41,310 nt of DNA from Actinomycetes bacterium (GCA_023386675.1 JAEWJG010000160.1:1-41310); one strand, 5' to 3'; positions 9,410 to 20,051 are shown, numbered from the stretch's first letter. Translations and numbers: made by a program. Notes: generated from the letters alone by a model not told the origin.

Positions 9410-12400
9410 TCACTCCACGGCGCGGGGCGCGCGGAATCTCAGAGTCACGATCTCGAACGGATGCAACGCGAGTTCCACCCGGCGCGTCGAAACGGAGCGG
9501 ATCGCCTCGGCGTCGACAGCGCGCTCGAGCAGGTCGGTCGCCTCGACGGCATCCCAGTCGATCGTGGTCGTCACCGACACGGACGAGCGGTCTCCGTGCG
9601 CCTCGTACAGTCGCACCACGAGATCGCCGCTGCCGTCCTCGGCGAGCTTGACCGCCTCGACGATGACCGCCGGGTCGGAGGTGGCGACGAGAGGCTCGAC
9701 CGGCGTGCCGTGGAGCGGTCGCGGCGGCAGGCTCTGCCGATAGCCGTCCTCGATCGCCTCGGGGATGCCGCCGGGCCGCAGGCTCACCGTGAACGAATGC
9801 GTGCCGTGATCGGCGCCCGGGTCCGGATAGCGAGGGGCCCGGAGCAGCGACAGCCGCGCCATCGCCATGGGCCGCCCCGAGGGCGCTTCGAGGGTGCGGA
9901 TGTCGTGCCCGTAGACGACGTCGTTGGCGATCGCTACGCCCCACCCCGGCTCGCCCACCTGGATCCACCGGTGCGCGACGGTCTCGAACCGGGCGGAGTC
10001 CCACGAGGTGTTGCGGTGGATCGCGCGGTGCAGGTGGCCGAACTGGATCTCGGACGCGGCGCGGTCGGCACGGACATCGAGGGGGAAGGCCAGCTTCAGC
10101 AGCTTCTGCGACTCGCGCCAGTCGATGTCGAACGCGAAATCGAGCCGTCCGTCCACGAGCCGGATGCGGAGGTCGATCACGGACCCGCCGAACTCGTGGT
10201 GCACGGCGACGGCGTCCCCGTCGATCCGCACGGCGACGGGATCGAGCAGCTCGATGCCCGAGCGCTGGTCCTCCTCGTTGATGTCCCAGGCGTCCCACTC
10301 GCGCGGAGTGTCACGCAACAGGTGAAGGACGCCGCCGGCCATCCCCTCGGGCAGCACCTCCCGGTCCGCGACCAGATCGCGTACGGAGACGAGGACACCC
10401 CGCCTGTCGATGACGACCCGCAGTGCGGCGTCCTCGAGCACGAACTGGTCGCCGTCCGCCCGTGGGAGCACCACCGTCGAGACGGTGGAGGCGCCGATGC
10501 CCATGGCAGGCACCCCGGCGAGCGGCAGGGGGCCGGCGTTGGCGGTGAGCGGAAGGTCGCCGTCCCCCGTCAGGGCGGAGAGCGCACTGTCGATCAGGCC
10601 ACCGAGGCTCGCCGCGACGCGTTCGTACGCGGCCTCCGCATCCTGGTGCACCCACGCGATGGAGCTGCCCGGCAGGATGTCGTGGAACTGCTGCAGCAGC
10701 ACCGTCCGCCACGCATCGCGGAGCAGCTCGGCGGGATACGGCGCTCCCCGCAGGAGGGTGGCCGTCGCCGACCACAGCTCGGCCTGCCGCAGCAACGCCT
10801 CGCTGTGGCGGTTGCCGCGCTTCGTCTTCTGCTGCGAGACGAGGGTGCCGCGGTGGAGTTCGAGGTACATCTCCCCCACCCACACCGGCGGGCTGGTCAG
10901 TTCGGCCTCTGCTGCGGTGAAGAAGGAGTGCGGGTCCGACAGCTCGACCCGGGGTGAGCCTTCGAGGTCCCGCTTGCGCGCCGCCTGCGCGAGCATCTCG
11001 CGGGTCGGGCCGCCCCCGCCGTCCCCCCAGCCGAACAGCCCGAGGACTTCGCGCGCGGCACCCTTCTCGCTGAACGTCCGCTCGGTCCGCGCGAGGTCCA
11101 GCGCGCCGAGGTCGGAGTTGTAGGTGTCGGCAGGTGGGAGGTGCGTGAACAACCGCGACCCGTCGATCCCCTCCCACTGGAAGGTGGAGTACGGGATGCG
11201 GTTCGTCTCGTTCCAGGACGGCTTCTGGGTGACGAAGTACCGGGCGCCGGCAGCGCGCGCGATCTGGGGGAGCGCCGCGCTGTACCCGAACGAGTCGGGG
11301 AGCCACACCTCGTCGCTCTCGATACCGAACTGCTCCAGGAAGAACTGCTTGCCCATCACGAACTGACGCGCCAGCGCCTCGCCGCCCGGCATGTTGGTGT
11401 CGGATTCGACCCACATGCCCCCGACCGGCCGGATGCGCCCGGCGGCGACAGCCTCTTTGACCCGTTCGAACAGCTCCGGCTGGCTCTCCTGCAACCAGGC
11501 GTATTGCTGCGCGGAGGATGCGGCGAAGACGAAGTCGGGGTCGCGTTCGACGAGGTCGAGGACGTTCGCGAACGTCCTCGCCACCTTGCGAACGGTCTCC
11601 CGGGTCGGCCACAGCCAGGCGCAGTCGATGTGGGCGTGGCCGACGGCGGAGACGCGGAGGGCGCTCGATGCGGCGGGTGCGGCGAGCACGGCGGCCAGCG
11701 CATCCCGGCCGGCGGTCGCCGTACCCGGGATGTCGTCCGGGTCCATCACGTCGACCATGCTCTCGAGGGCGTGCACGATCCGGGCACGCCGGACCCCGTC
11801 CCGGGGCAGCACCTCGACCAGCCCGTCGAGAGTGGTCACGTCCTGCAGCAGCTCCCACACGTCCAGGTCCCGGCGGGCGACCTCGAGCCGCACCAGCCGG
11901 TAGATCGGATCGTCGCCGGCGGTGGCCTTGTCGCCGAGCAGTGTCGGCTCGTACTCGTAGGGCACCTGGATCATCGGATTCGCCGCCGCCTCCAGCAGCA
12001 GCCGGAACGGCCCGGGGTCGGGCAGCGGCACCCACGCGTTGAAGGGTTCGATCGCTTTGACGATCGAACCGTCGGGCCGGTATGCCGTCGCCTCCGCCTG
12101 GAATCCCGGCTGCTCGCCGGTGAAGCCGAGGTCCACGACGAGCTCCGTCTCCTCCGGCGCCCAGTCCGCGGGGACCTCGCCGCGGACGTCGAACCAGACG
12201 GTGTCCCAGGGCGCGCCCCAGCGCGTCCCCACCTGGACCTGCTGGAACGGGCGGTTCACCGCCTCCGCGAACGGGACCGGCTCGCCGCCGACCCGCCACA
12301 TGCCCACTTCGACCGGGCGCGACTCGCGGTAGAGGGCCGGCTGGATGCGGAACCGGGTGAAGCGGCGGACCCGCTGCATCGCGAGCGTCTCGGCATCCAG

Positions 12401-12436
12401 CCGCGACCGTCCGTTCGGGTTGAACTCGTCCGTCAC
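9410..12436 (-). CDS. Alpha-mannosidase, GH38
   Basis: GHAHIDCAWLWP, GGMWVESDTN, WLPDSFGY, GDGGGGPT, GEMYLELHRGT and QFHDILPGS motifs. Confidence 0.93.
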   Translation of the reverse strand: MTDEFNPNGRSRLDAETLAMQRVRRFTRFRIQPALYRESRPVEVGMWRVGGEPVPFAEAVNRPFQQVQVGTRWGAPWDTVWFDVRGEVPADWAPEETELVVDLGFTGEQPGFQAEATAYRPDGSIVKAIEPFNAWVPLPDPGPFRLLLEAAANPMIQVPYEYEPTLLGDKATAGDDPIYRLVRLEVARRDLDVWELLQDVTTLDGLVEVLPRDGVRRARIVHALESMVDVMDPDDIPGTATAGRDALAAVLAAPAASSALRVSAVGHAHIDCAWLWPTRETVRKVARTFANVLDLVERDPDFVFAASSAQQYAWLQESQPELFERVKEAVAAGRIRPVGGMWVESDTNMPGGEALARQFVMGKQFFLEQFGIESDEVWLPDSFGYSAALPQIARAAGARYFVTQKPSWNETNRIPYSTFQWEGIDGSRLFTHLPPADTYNSDLGALDLARTERTFSEKGAAREVLGLFGWGDGGGGPTREMLAQAARKRDLEGSPRVELSDPHSFFTAAEAELTSPPVWVGEMYLELHRGTLVSQQKTKRGNRHSEALLRQAELWSATATLLRGAPYPAELLRDAWRTVLLQQFHDILPGSSIAWVHQDAEAAYERVAASLGGLIDSALSALTGDGDLPLTANAGPLPLAGVPAMGIGASTVSTVVLPRADGDQFVLEDAALRVVIDRRGVLVSVRDLVADREVLPEGMAGGVLHLLRDTPREWDAWDINEEDQRSGIELLDPVAVRIDGDAVAVHHEFGGSVIDLRIRLVDGRLDFAFDIDWRESQKLLKLAFPLDVRADRAASEIQFGHLHRAIHRNTSWDSARFETVAHRWIQVGEPGWGVAIANDVVYGHDIRTLEAPSGRPMAMARLSLLRAPRYPDPGADHGTHSFTVSLRPGGIPEAIEDGYRQSLPPRPLHGTPVEPLVATSDPAVIVEAVKLAEDGSGDLVVRLYEAHGDRSSVSVTTTIDWDAVEATDLLERAVDAEAIRSVSTRRVELALHPFEIVTLRFRAPRAVE

Positions 12437-12438
12437 GC

Positions 12439-13254
12439 TCAGCTCTCCCGCGACGCGATGGGCTCGCGGGTGTAGTAGTCGACGAGGCCGTCCGGCGACG
12501 GAAGCACGGGACGATCGAACTCTCCCGTCAGGTACATCGGCGTCACGACGTAGGGCTCACGCGCCCGCTCGGGGCGAGCCCAGCGGACACCGTTCGCGAT
12601 GACGCGCTGCACCTCGGGCTGGTGGTAGACCGGGAAGACCTCGTCACCCGGGCTGAAGTAGAAGACGCGCCCGTAGCCGCGGCGGTAGGTCACGCCGCTC
12701 CTGAACACCTCACCGCCCGAGAAGCTGCTGATGAACACCAGCTCATCGGGCTCCGGGATGTCGAAGAACTCGCCGTACATCTCCTGCCCGGGGATGATGA
12801 TCGGCTGCGGCACACCCTCGGCGATGGGATGCCGGGGAGAGATGGTCCACACCAGCTCGCGGTCGGCGTCGTTGCGCCAGCGCAGGCTGCACGTCGTCCC
12901 CATGAGGCGGCGGAAGATCTTGGAGTGGTGGCCCGAGTGCAGGACGATGATGCCCATGCCCTCCAGGACATGGCGGTGGATGCGCTCCACGACCTCGTCG
13001 TCGACCTCGTCGTGGGCGGTGTGGCCCCACCAGAGGAGCACGTCGGTCTCGGCCAGGGTCTCCTCGGTCATGCCGTGCTCCGGCTCATCGAGCACACGGG
13101 TGGACACGGTCACGTCCTCCCCCAGGAGGGCGGTGATCCCCTCCGCGATGGTGGTGTGCATGCCATCGGGGTAGATTCCGCGCACCACCGGATTCACCTG
13201 CTCGTGCCGGTTCTCGCCCCAGACGACGACTCGGATCGGTTCGGTGCTGGTCAT
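12439..13254 (-). CDS. thuA: ThuA-family (trehalose-utilisation, class I GATase-like) protein
   Basis: True start ATG at 13254 overlaps the upstream stop. [11 protein letters not shown]...IYPDGMH...[11 protein letters not shown]...LHSGH...[13 protein letters not shown]...YFSPG. Confidence 0.88.
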   Translation of the reverse strand: MTSTEPIRVVVWGENRHEQVNPVVRGIYPDGMHTTIAEGITALLGEDVTVSTRVLDEPEHGMTEETLAETDVLLWWGHTAHDEVDDEVVERIHRHVLEGMGIIVLHSGHHSKIFRRLMGTTCSLRWRNDADRELVWTISPRHPIAEGVPQPIIIPGQEMYGEFFDIPEPDELVFISSFSGGEVFRSGVTYRRGYGRVFYFSPGDEVFPVYHQPEVQRVIANGVRWARPERAREPYVVTPMYLTGEFDRPVLPSPDGLVDYYTREPIASRES

Positions 13255-14426
13255 CGGGCGCCTCCTGACGCGATCGTGGCCGGGGCGGACCCCCAGGCCG
13301 GTGTGGCGATGCCGTCGGCAGCGCTGTTCCATGAGGTGAGCAGACCGGCGATGTCGTCGCTCTGCTCGTGGGCGATGGCGTGGGCGAGCGATTCCTCCAG
13401 GAGGTCCGCGATGACGACCCGCTCGCCTCCGCGTTCGCTGCTGCGGATCGCGCCCTCGACCATCGCAAGGCTCAGCACGTTCGCCCGGACCTCGTTCTGA
13501 GGAGTCGTCCCGGTCCGCAGCGCCGTCACGAACTCCTCCAGAGAACCCTCGATGCCCTCGCGGCCGCTCGGGACCTCCACCTCGACTCCGTCGGCATCGA
13601 CGCGCACGACATCGTCGCCGTCCCACGCGGCGGCGCCGTGCTCGCCCCAGACGCGCCAGTCGGCGTTCCACGAGGTCTGCAGCCCCGGGGTGCACCGGCT
13701 GCCGGCGTAGACGAACCGCGCACCCGAAGCGAGTTCGAACTCGGCCGACGCCGCGGCGTCGCCGGCGAACCAGCTCCACGGCGGGTTCCACGAGCTGCAG
13801 CGGACAGCGACCGGCTCATCACTCGTGAGGGAGCGCAGCTGGTCGAAATGATGGATGGACATGTCCACCAGCAGCGGATGCGCCATCTGCTCCCGGAAGC
13901 CGGGCTCGTGGTCGGCGTGGAAGAACTGCGCGTTGACCGTGGCCAGCGGGCCGAGGGCGGCGACGGCGCGGCGGAACCCGGCGAGGTGGTTGAAGTACCG
14001 GCGGGACTGGCTCACCACCAGCAGTTCCCCGGTGATGTCCGCGAGTGCGATCTGGCGGAGCGCCTCGGACACCGTCGGCGCCAGCGGCTTCTCGCACAGG
14101 ACGGGGAGGCCAGCTCGCAGCGCCTGCTCGTTCACGATCCGGTGAGCCTGCGGCACCGTGACGTTGATCACCGCCGCGGCCCCCGATCGCTCGGCGACCT
14201 CGGCGACGGAGGCGCCGACCGCGACACCCGCGAGACCCGCCGACGCCGCGGTCGACGCCGCTAGGTCGACGTCGAGATCGACGACCCCGACGGCCTCCGC
14301 GTGGGGAGACCGGGCGAGCATGCGGATCCACTCGCCGCCCATCGCACCGGCGCCGACGACCACGACCGGCAGCCGGCCGTTCGCCGCAGACCCGTCTCGA
14401 CTCGAATCGATCATGGAGGAGGTCAT
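13251..14426 (-). CDS. Gfo/Idh/MocA family NAD-dependent oxidoreductase
   Basis: ATG at 14426 is coupled to the permease stop. [16 protein letters not shown] and [11 protein letters not shown] motifs. Confidence 0.9.
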   Translation of the reverse strand: MTSSMIDSSRDGSAANGRLPVVVVGAGAMGGEWIRMLARSPHAEAVGVVDLDVDLAASTAASAGLAGVAVGASVAEVAERSGAAAVINVTVPQAHRIVNEQALRAGLPVLCEKPLAPTVSEALRQIALADITGELLVVSQSRRYFNHLAGFRRAVAALGPLATVNAQFFHADHEPGFREQMAHPLLVDMSIHHFDQLRSLTSDEPVAVRCSSWNPPWSWFAGDAAASAEFELASGARFVYAGSRCTPGLQTSWNADWRVWGEHGAAAWDGDDVVRVDADGVEVEVPSGREGIEGSLEEFVTALRTGTTPQNEVRANVLSLAMVEGAIRSSERGGERVVIADLLEESLAHAIAHEQSDDIAGLLTSWNSAADGIATPAWGSAPATIASGGAR

Positions 14427-15319
14427 CCTTTCACCGCGCCGCCGAGGCTGGAGCGGAGGAGGTGCTTGCGCACGAAGACATAGAGGATGGCGGGGGGAGC
14501 CACGTAGACGATGGCGCTGGCGGCCAACAGCCCCCAGTCGACCTGGTTGTGCTCGCTGAATGCCCGGAACAGGCCGATCGACAGCGGGTACAGCTCCTGG
14601 CTCTGCAGCATCACGAGGGGGGTGAGGAAGTCGCCCCAGACGTTCATGAAGGTCAGCATCGCAGCGGCGCCGAGGCCCGGACCGACGAGCGGGAGGACGA
14701 CGCGCCAGATCGCGAGGAACCGGGTGTTGCCGTCCACCCAGGCCGCTTCCTCCAATTCGATCGGCACCGCGGCGATCGTCCCCTTCAGCAGCCACAGGGT
14801 GATGGGCAGTTGCAGCACCGCTTCGACCAGGATCAGGCCGACGAGGGTGTTGGTGAGCTGGAGGTTCACCATGATCAGGTAGAGCGGAACGATGGTCGCC
14901 GGAGCGGGGATCACGCGGATCAGGAGGATGCCGTACATGAACGTGCGGCGACCCGGGAAGTTGAACCGCGCCAGGGCGTAGCCGCCCGCGACGCCGAGGA
15001 GCAGGTTGAGGGCGGTCGCGCCGATGCCGATGATGAGGCTGTTGACCAGCAGTTGCGGCGTGCCCGAGTTGGTGAAGAAGCGCACGAAGTTCTCGAACGT
15101 CCACGCCGGAAGCTGCACGTTCGGGCCGGCATGGCCGTCGACGGAGCTCAGCACCACCCAGGCGAACGGCACCAGGCAGAACAGGGCGAGGAGACCGAGC
15201 AGGAAATAGGCGAGGACCCGCTGCACACGGTCGACCGGGGTGAGCGGGCGCTTCCGGAAGCGGCGTTCGGGGGCGGCGCCGGCCTGCCCGCCGACGGGAC
15301 GACTGGTCAGGGACGTCAT
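14423..15319 (-). CDS. Carbohydrate ABC transporter permease (MalG-like)
   Basis: Six hydrophobic segments; EAA loop ELEEAAWVDG; ends GGAVKG. Confidence 0.92.
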   Translation of the reverse strand: MTSLTSRPVGGQAGAAPERRFRKRPLTPVDRVQRVLAYFLLGLLALFCLVPFAWVVLSSVDGHAGPNVQLPAWTFENFVRFFTNSGTPQLLVNSLIIGIGATALNLLLGVAGGYALARFNFPGRRTFMYGILLIRVIPAPATIVPLYLIMVNLQLTNTLVGLILVEAVLQLPITLWLLKGTIAAVPIELEEAAWVDGNTRFLAIWRVVLPLVGPGLGAAAMLTFMNVWGDFLTPLVMLQSQELYPLSIGLFRAFSEHNQVDWGLLAASAIVYVAPPAILYVFVRKHLLRSSLGGAVKG

Positions 15320-15320
15320 C

Positions 15321-16265
15321 TCATACCTCGACTTTCGCGAGCCGCACGTAGACGACTCCCAGCACCAGCACGATCGCCAGCAGGATCATCGACGCGGCGC
15401 TGCCGATTCCGACCTGCGAGAACTGCAGAGCGCGCTCGTAGATGTAGATCGCGGCCAGCCGTGTCTGACCGCCCGGCCCTCCCTGCGTGAGGAAGTACAC
15501 CAGCCCGAACACGCCGACCGTGCTGATCGTCGTCAGCAGCAGGTAGAGGAACACCGGACCGCGGATGAGCGGGAGGGTGACATAACGGAACACCTGCAGC
15601 GCCCGCGCGCCGTCGATCCTCGCCGCCTCGATGAGCTCCACCGGGACGTCCTCGAGCGCCGCCTGGAACATGATCATCGCGAAGGCGATGCCGCGCCAGA
15701 TGTTGACCGTGATGATCGACACCATCGGCACCACCTGGAGCCAGTCCGTCGGGCCTGCGCCGAAGAGGCCGGTCAGCTGGTTGAGCGTACCGGTGGCGCC
15801 GTTGGAGAGGACGCTGGCCCACGCGAGAGACGCGACCACTTCGGGAACCACCATCGGCATGAGGATGGCGGCGCCGAACACGCCCTTGCCGCGCACCCAC
15901 GGCCGGCTGAGCAGGATGGCCGCGACCATCCCGAGCACGGTCTGCCCGATGATCGCCGAGTAGAGCACGAACTGGCCCGTGTGCCCCAGCGACGAGAGGA
16001 AGTCGGCGCTCGTGAGCAGATACGAGTAGTTGTCCAGACCGACGAACTTGGGGTCGCGGGCGGCGAAGCCGGTGAGCTGGGTGTTCGTGAAGCTCAGATA
16101 GATGCCGTACACCGCCGGCACCACGATGAACAGCAGGATCAGCGCGACCGCCGGGCCCAGGAGGATCAGGAGAAGGGGCCAGGAGCGCCGCCTTCCGCGC
16201 CGCCGCGGCGACGGCGGCCGGGTGGCCGCCGTCGCCGTGACGGGTACGTCGGTGATCGAAGTCAC
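15321..16265 (-). CDS. Carbohydrate ABC transporter permease (MalF-like)
   Basis: GTG at 16265 overlaps the binding-protein stop. LSFTN, FVGLDNY, ELIEAARIDGA and LTQGGPG motifs. Confidence 0.92.
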   Translation of the reverse strand: MTSITDVPVTATAATRPPSPRRRGRRRSWPLLLILLGPAVALILLFIVVPAVYGIYLSFTNTQLTGFAARDPKFVGLDNYSYLLTSADFLSSLGHTGQFVLYSAIIGQTVLGMVAAILLSRPWVRGKGVFGAAILMPMVVPEVVASLAWASVLSNGATGTLNQLTGLFGAGPTDWLQVVPMVSIITVNIWRGIAFAMIMFQAALEDVPVELIEAARIDGARALQVFRYVTLPLIRGPVFLYLLLTTISTVGVFGLVYFLTQGGPGGQTRLAAIYIYERALQFSQVGIGSAASMILLAIVLVLGVVYVRLAKVEV

Positions 16266-17608
16266 TACTTCACCAGGTTGGGGCCGAGCAGGTCGGTGGC
16301 ATCCTTGACGAACGCCTCGTACGCCTGCTTGCCGTCGGCCTTGCCGTTGAGGATGAGCTCGGTCGAGGTGGCGATCGCCTGCGCGATCTGGTCGGATCCG
16401 TCGCCGGTGGGGACGTAGACGCTGGTGGCGAGGTCCTTGCCGGCCTGCAGCAGCTTCGGCTCGTCGGCGTACGGCTTCACGTTGGCGAGGTCGTCGCGGG
16501 GAGCTGCCGCGCCGGACGCGACGAGCTGGTCCGCGAGCGGGGTGCCGCTGGACAGGTACTGGGCGAGCAGCATGGCCTGATCCTTGTGCTGCGACTTCGC
16601 CGGGGTGGCGTAGCCGAAGCCGAGGCCGCTCCATCCGAACGGCTTGTCACCGCTGCGCAGGGCCGGGTACTGCCACGTGTCGACCTTGGTGGTCAGGTCC
16701 GGGATCGGCGTCGCACCCTGGGGGCCCCAGTCGTACTTCCAGCCCCAGGTCCCCTGAGCAGCCACCTGGATCTTGCCTGCGGGGAACTTGACGTACTTGG
16801 TGGGCTCCCACGGGTTGGGGTTCTCCAGATCCTGCACGGGAAGGAGGCCCTTCGTGTAGAGCTGGCTGTACAGGTCGAAGACAGCAGGGAACCCGCTGCT
16901 CTTCAGGTCCCACTTGCCCGACTTCAGGTTGTAGTAGTCCTTGTCGGTGCCGCCGAGGATGGGCTGGAAGCCCTCGTTCCAGGCGCCACCGCCCCACGCC
17001 GTCCCGGCCGGCAGCACGATGGGGGTGTCGCCCGTCTTCTGCTTGACCTGCTCCAGCCGCGAGATGAGGTCGTCCCAGGTCTTGGGCTGGCTGGTGTCGA
17101 CCCCGAGCGAGGTGAGGATGTCCTTGCGGTAGAACAGGTTCTGCACTCCGGTGTCGTGCACGAGAGCGTAGATGTGACCGTCCTGGCGGACCATCGCCTT
17201 CTTGAACTGCGGGTAGTAGTGCTTCCAGCCGTCCCACTTGTTCAGGTAGTCGTCGATGGGGGCCAGGTAGCCCGCGCCGGCGAATCCGGGCACCAGGCTG
17301 TCACCCATGTCGATGAGGTCGGGGGCCTGGCCCGCGATGAGCTGCTGGGTGATCTTGGTCTTGAACTGGTCGTCCGTCAGGACATCGGCCACCAGCTTCA
17401 CCTTGATGTCCTTGCCCTGCTTCTTCATCGCGGCTTCGAAGCCAGGGAGCAGCTTCTTCATCGAGTCGATCCTGGTCTGCTGGTATTCCATGACCGAGAT
17501 CGTCACGGGTCCGCTGCTGGTGCTGCTGCCGCCGGGGGAGCAGGCGCTGAGCTCGCCCACCGCCACCAGGGCGACGGCGAAAGCGGCGATCACGCGAGTG
17601 CGCTTCAT
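16265..17608 (-). CDS. Sugar ABC transporter substrate-binding lipoprotein
   Basis: ATG at 17608 with AGGAGAGG RBS; signal peptide ending LSAC lipobox; LFYRKDIL and PKTWDDL family-1 SBP motifs. No ATPase in the cluster, so a shared MsiK-type ATPase is likely. Confidence 0.92.
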   Translation of the reverse strand: MKRTRVIAAFAVALVAVGELSACSPGGSSTSSGPVTISVMEYQQTRIDSMKKLLPGFEAAMKKQGKDIKVKLVADVLTDDQFKTKITQQLIAGQAPDLIDMGDSLVPGFAGAGYLAPIDDYLNKWDGWKHYYPQFKKAMVRQDGHIYALVHDTGVQNLFYRKDILTSLGVDTSQPKTWDDLISRLEQVKQKTGDTPIVLPAGTAWGGGAWNEGFQPILGGTDKDYYNLKSGKWDLKSSGFPAVFDLYSQLYTKGLLPVQDLENPNPWEPTKYVKFPAGKIQVAAQGTWGWKYDWGPQGATPIPDLTTKVDTWQYPALRSGDKPFGWSGLGFGYATPAKSQHKDQAMLLAQYLSSGTPLADQLVASGAAAPRDDLANVKPYADEPKLLQAGKDLATSVYVPTGDGSDQIAQAIATSTELILNGKADGKQAYEAFVKDATDLLGPNLVK

Positions 17609-17674
17609 TGCGGTGCCTCTCCTGCTTGTCCCGTTGGCTACTTTGCCGATTCGATGGGACAAACCTTAGTCCGA

Positions 17675-17704
17675 ATGTTAGGACATAGTTCGAGGAGCCG
17701 TCAA
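17675..17704 (-). promoter_or_regulatory. SigA-type promoter of the sugar operon with an overlapping IolR-type box
   Basis: Minus strand reads TTGACG-N18-TAACAT; TGTCCTAACA (17676-17685) overlaps the -10 element. Confidence 0.65.
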
Positions 17705-17825
17705 GCTGATTTCCGCGACTTCGCGAGCTCGCTCCGCGTCCGGCTCCCCGTGACTCTACTCGATAGAATAATCTGCAAGCGCGGCAACGGATGCCGCCCG
17801 GTTCGCGGACCGAAGAGGGGGTGGC

Positions 17826-19037
17826 ATGCTTCGAGGCACCAACCTCCCCCGCCTGGCGGACTACAACCAGGCCGTCATCCTCGACCTGATCCGCAGGGAT
17901 CCGGGGACCAGCAGGGCCGAGCTCCAGCGCAGCTCCGGTCTGGCCTCGCAGACGGTCTCCAACATCGCGCGCCGACTCATCGATGCCGGCATGATCCGGG
18001 AGAGCGACCCCACCGACGTGGTGCGCGGCCGGCCGAGCATCCCGCTGACCGTCAATGCGGACGGCGCATACGCGGTCGGTGTCCACGTGGACCCGGCGCG
18101 CCTCACCCTCGTCCTGGTCGATGTCGCGGGCCAGGTGCGGCACCGGCAGCAATTGCGCATGCCGCAGAGCGCCGGCCCCAACGAGCTGACATCGCTCATC
18201 GCCGTCAGCACCGGCCGCCTCATCCGCGAGTTCGGGATCGATCGCGAGAAGGTGCTCGGGCTGGGCATCGCCGTACCCGGCCCACTCGACGTCCGGACGG
18301 GCGTGGTCCTCCGTCCGCCTCAGCTGCCCACCTGGCGCGATGTCCACCTGAGGGCCGATCTGCATGACGCCACCGGGCTGCCGGTGCTCCTCGACAAGGA
18401 CGTCACGGCCGCGGCCACGGCGGAACTGCGCAATTCGGCCAGCCCCGACTTCCTCTTCGTCTACCTGGGTTCCGGCGTCGGCGCGTCCGTCGTCATCCAG
18501 GGCCAGGTGCTGCGGGGCGACAGCAACAACATCGGCGAGATCGGCGACATCCTGGTCGATCCGGCGGCAGAGGACCTCGGGTGGGGCGGCCGGCGCGGCG
18601 GCCTCGCAGCGGCCTGCGTCCCGGAGGCGCTCGTGATCCAGGCGGCCCACGCCGGGCTGCTCCCGATGCCGGAGCTGACGGACTATCTGGCGCTCGACGA
18701 TGCGTGCACGACGCTGTCCCGCCTCGCGGCGGACGGGGATGCGGCCGCCTCTCACCTGCTCGAGCGTGCGGCGCACCGGGTGGCGGTGGGCATCGGCGTT
18801 CTCGTCAATTTCCTCGACGTGCCTCGGGTCGTGCTCGGCGGACCGACCTGGAGCCGGCTCAGCGCCGCCTTCCTCCCCGTCCTCGAGGAAGCCGTCCGAG
18901 CCGAGCTCACCGTGCCGCGGGAGTCCCTCGCCGTCGTCGGCTCGGCCTTGAGCGAGCAGATCGCGGCCCAGGGAGCCGCGGAGCTGGTGATGGATCACTT
19001 CCTCGCGCCGCACGCCAGCGTCCTGTTGATGGAATGA
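17826..19037 (+). CDS. ROK family transcriptional regulator
   Basis: N-terminal HTH (SRAELQRSSGLASQTVSNIARRLI); GLGIAVPGPLD, YLGSGVG and GEIGD ROK motifs. Confidence 0.92.
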   Translation: MLRGTNLPRLADYNQAVILDLIRRDPGTSRAELQRSSGLASQTVSNIARRLIDAGMIRESDPTDVVRGRPSIPLTVNADGAYAVGVHVDPARLTLVLVDVAGQVRHRQQLRMPQSAGPNELTSLIAVSTGRLIREFGIDREKVLGLGIAVPGPLDVRTGVVLRPPQLPTWRDVHLRADLHDATGLPVLLDKDVTAAATAELRNSASPDFLFVYLGSGVGASVVIQGQVLRGDSNNIGEIGDILVDPAAEDLGWGGRRGGLAAACVPEALVIQAAHAGLLPMPELTDYLALDDACTTLSRLAADGDAAASHLLERAAHRVAVGIGVLVNFLDVPRVVLGGPTWSRLSAAFLPVLEEAVRAELTVPRESLAVVGSALSEQIAAQGAAELVMDHFLAPHASVLLME

Positions 19038-19038
19038 G

Positions 19039-19069
19039 ACTATGTTCTCTTGTCAGGACATAGTAGGGT
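19039..19069 (+). promoter_or_regulatory. iol operon promoter/operator: inverted repeat with IolR-type box and -10 element
   Basis: ACTATGTTCT-N6-AGGACATAGT inverted repeat containing TGTCAGGACA (reverse complement TGTCCTGACA); TAGGGT -10 lies 7 nt before the GTG at 19077. Confidence 0.65.
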
Positions 19070-19076
19070 GAACCGC

Positions 19077-20051
19077 GTGAACCAGAAAGCGACGGACAGC
19101 GTCTACGACGTGCTGACCATGGGCCGGCTCGGAGTCGACCTCTACCCGCTGCAAGACGGCGTCGGGCTCGAGGACGTGTCGACGTTCGGCAAGTATCTCG
19201 GGGGGAGTGCCGCCAACGTGGCCGTCGCCGCCGCCCGGCATGGACATCCCGCCGCGCTCATCTCGGCGACCGGGGACGACCCCTTCGGGCGCTACCTGCA
19301 TCGCGAGCTGCGCCGTCTGGGGGTCTCGGACGACTTCGTCGGCGTCGCGCCCGGGTTGCCGACACCGATCACCTTCTGTGAGATCTTCCCTCCGGACGAC
19401 TTCCCCATCTACTTCTACCGGAAGCCGAAGGCACCCGACCTGACCGTCACGGCCGGCTCCCTCGACCTGGAGGCGATCTCCCGCGCCCGCGTCTTCTGGG
19501 CGACCGTCACAGGGCTGAGCGAGCAGCCGAGCCGCGACGCTCATCACCGCGCCTGGCAGGCCAGGAACCGGCGGCAGTTCACCGTCCTCGACCTCGACTA
19601 CCGCCCCGTCTTCTGGGACTCCCCCGAGCACGCCACCGCGGAGATCGAGCGCGCGCTCCCCCACATCACCGTCGCGGTGGGCAACCGCGAGGAGTGCGAA
19701 GTCGCGGTCGGCGAGACCGACCCGCTCCGGGCTGCGGATGCCCTTCTCGAACGGGGCGTGGAGCTCGCGATCGTCAAGCAGGGCCCCCGGGGCGTGCTGG
19801 CGAAGACGGCGACGGAGACCGTCGAGGTCCCGCCGTTCCCGGTGACGGTCGTCAACGGGCTCGGCGCCGGCGACGGGTTCGGCGGGGCGCTCTGCCACGG
19901 CCTCCTCGAGGGCTGGGACCTCGCCCGGATCCTGACCTTCGCGAACATCGCGGGAGCCATCGTCGCCTCGCGACGCGAGTGCTCGACAGCCATGCCGACG
20001 ACCTCGGAGGTCGACGCCCTGCTGGTCGGGGGCGCGCATGCTGCGCTTTGA
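19077..20051 (+). CDS. iolC: 5-dehydro-2-deoxygluconokinase (PfkB family)
   Basis: MGRLGVDLYP, FGKYLGGSAANVA, TFCEIFPPDDFP and NGLGAGDGFGG. Start chosen at GTG 19077; GTG 19068 is possible. Confidence 0.93.
   Translation: MNQKATDSVYDVLTMGRLGVDLYPLQDGVGLEDVSTFGKYLGGSAANVAVAAARHGHPAALISATGDDPFGRYLHRELRRLGVSDDFVGVAPGLPTPITFCEIFPPDDFPIYFYRKPKAPDLTVTAGSLDLEAISRARVFWATVTGLSEQPSRDAHHRAWQARNRRQFTVLDLDYRPVFWDSPEHATAEIERALPHITVAVGNREECEVAVGETDPLRAADALLERGVELAIVKQGPRGVLAKTATETVEVPPFPVTVVNGLGAGDGFGGALCHGLLEGWDLARILTFANIAGAIVASRRECSTAMPTTSEVDALLVGGAHAAL

Noticed and set aside
3710..10957. 2415-aa plus-strand ORF
   Set aside because: Codon-for-codon antisense shadow of the GH36, GH2 and GH38 genes, which happen to share one frame register. 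High-GC genes rarely use TTA, CTA or TCA, so antisense stops are rare. No recognisable motifs.
17540..17608. Glu just before the SBP lipobox (VGELSAC)
   Set aside because: Single-residue oddity; the LSAC lipobox is intact, so there is no evidence of inactivation.
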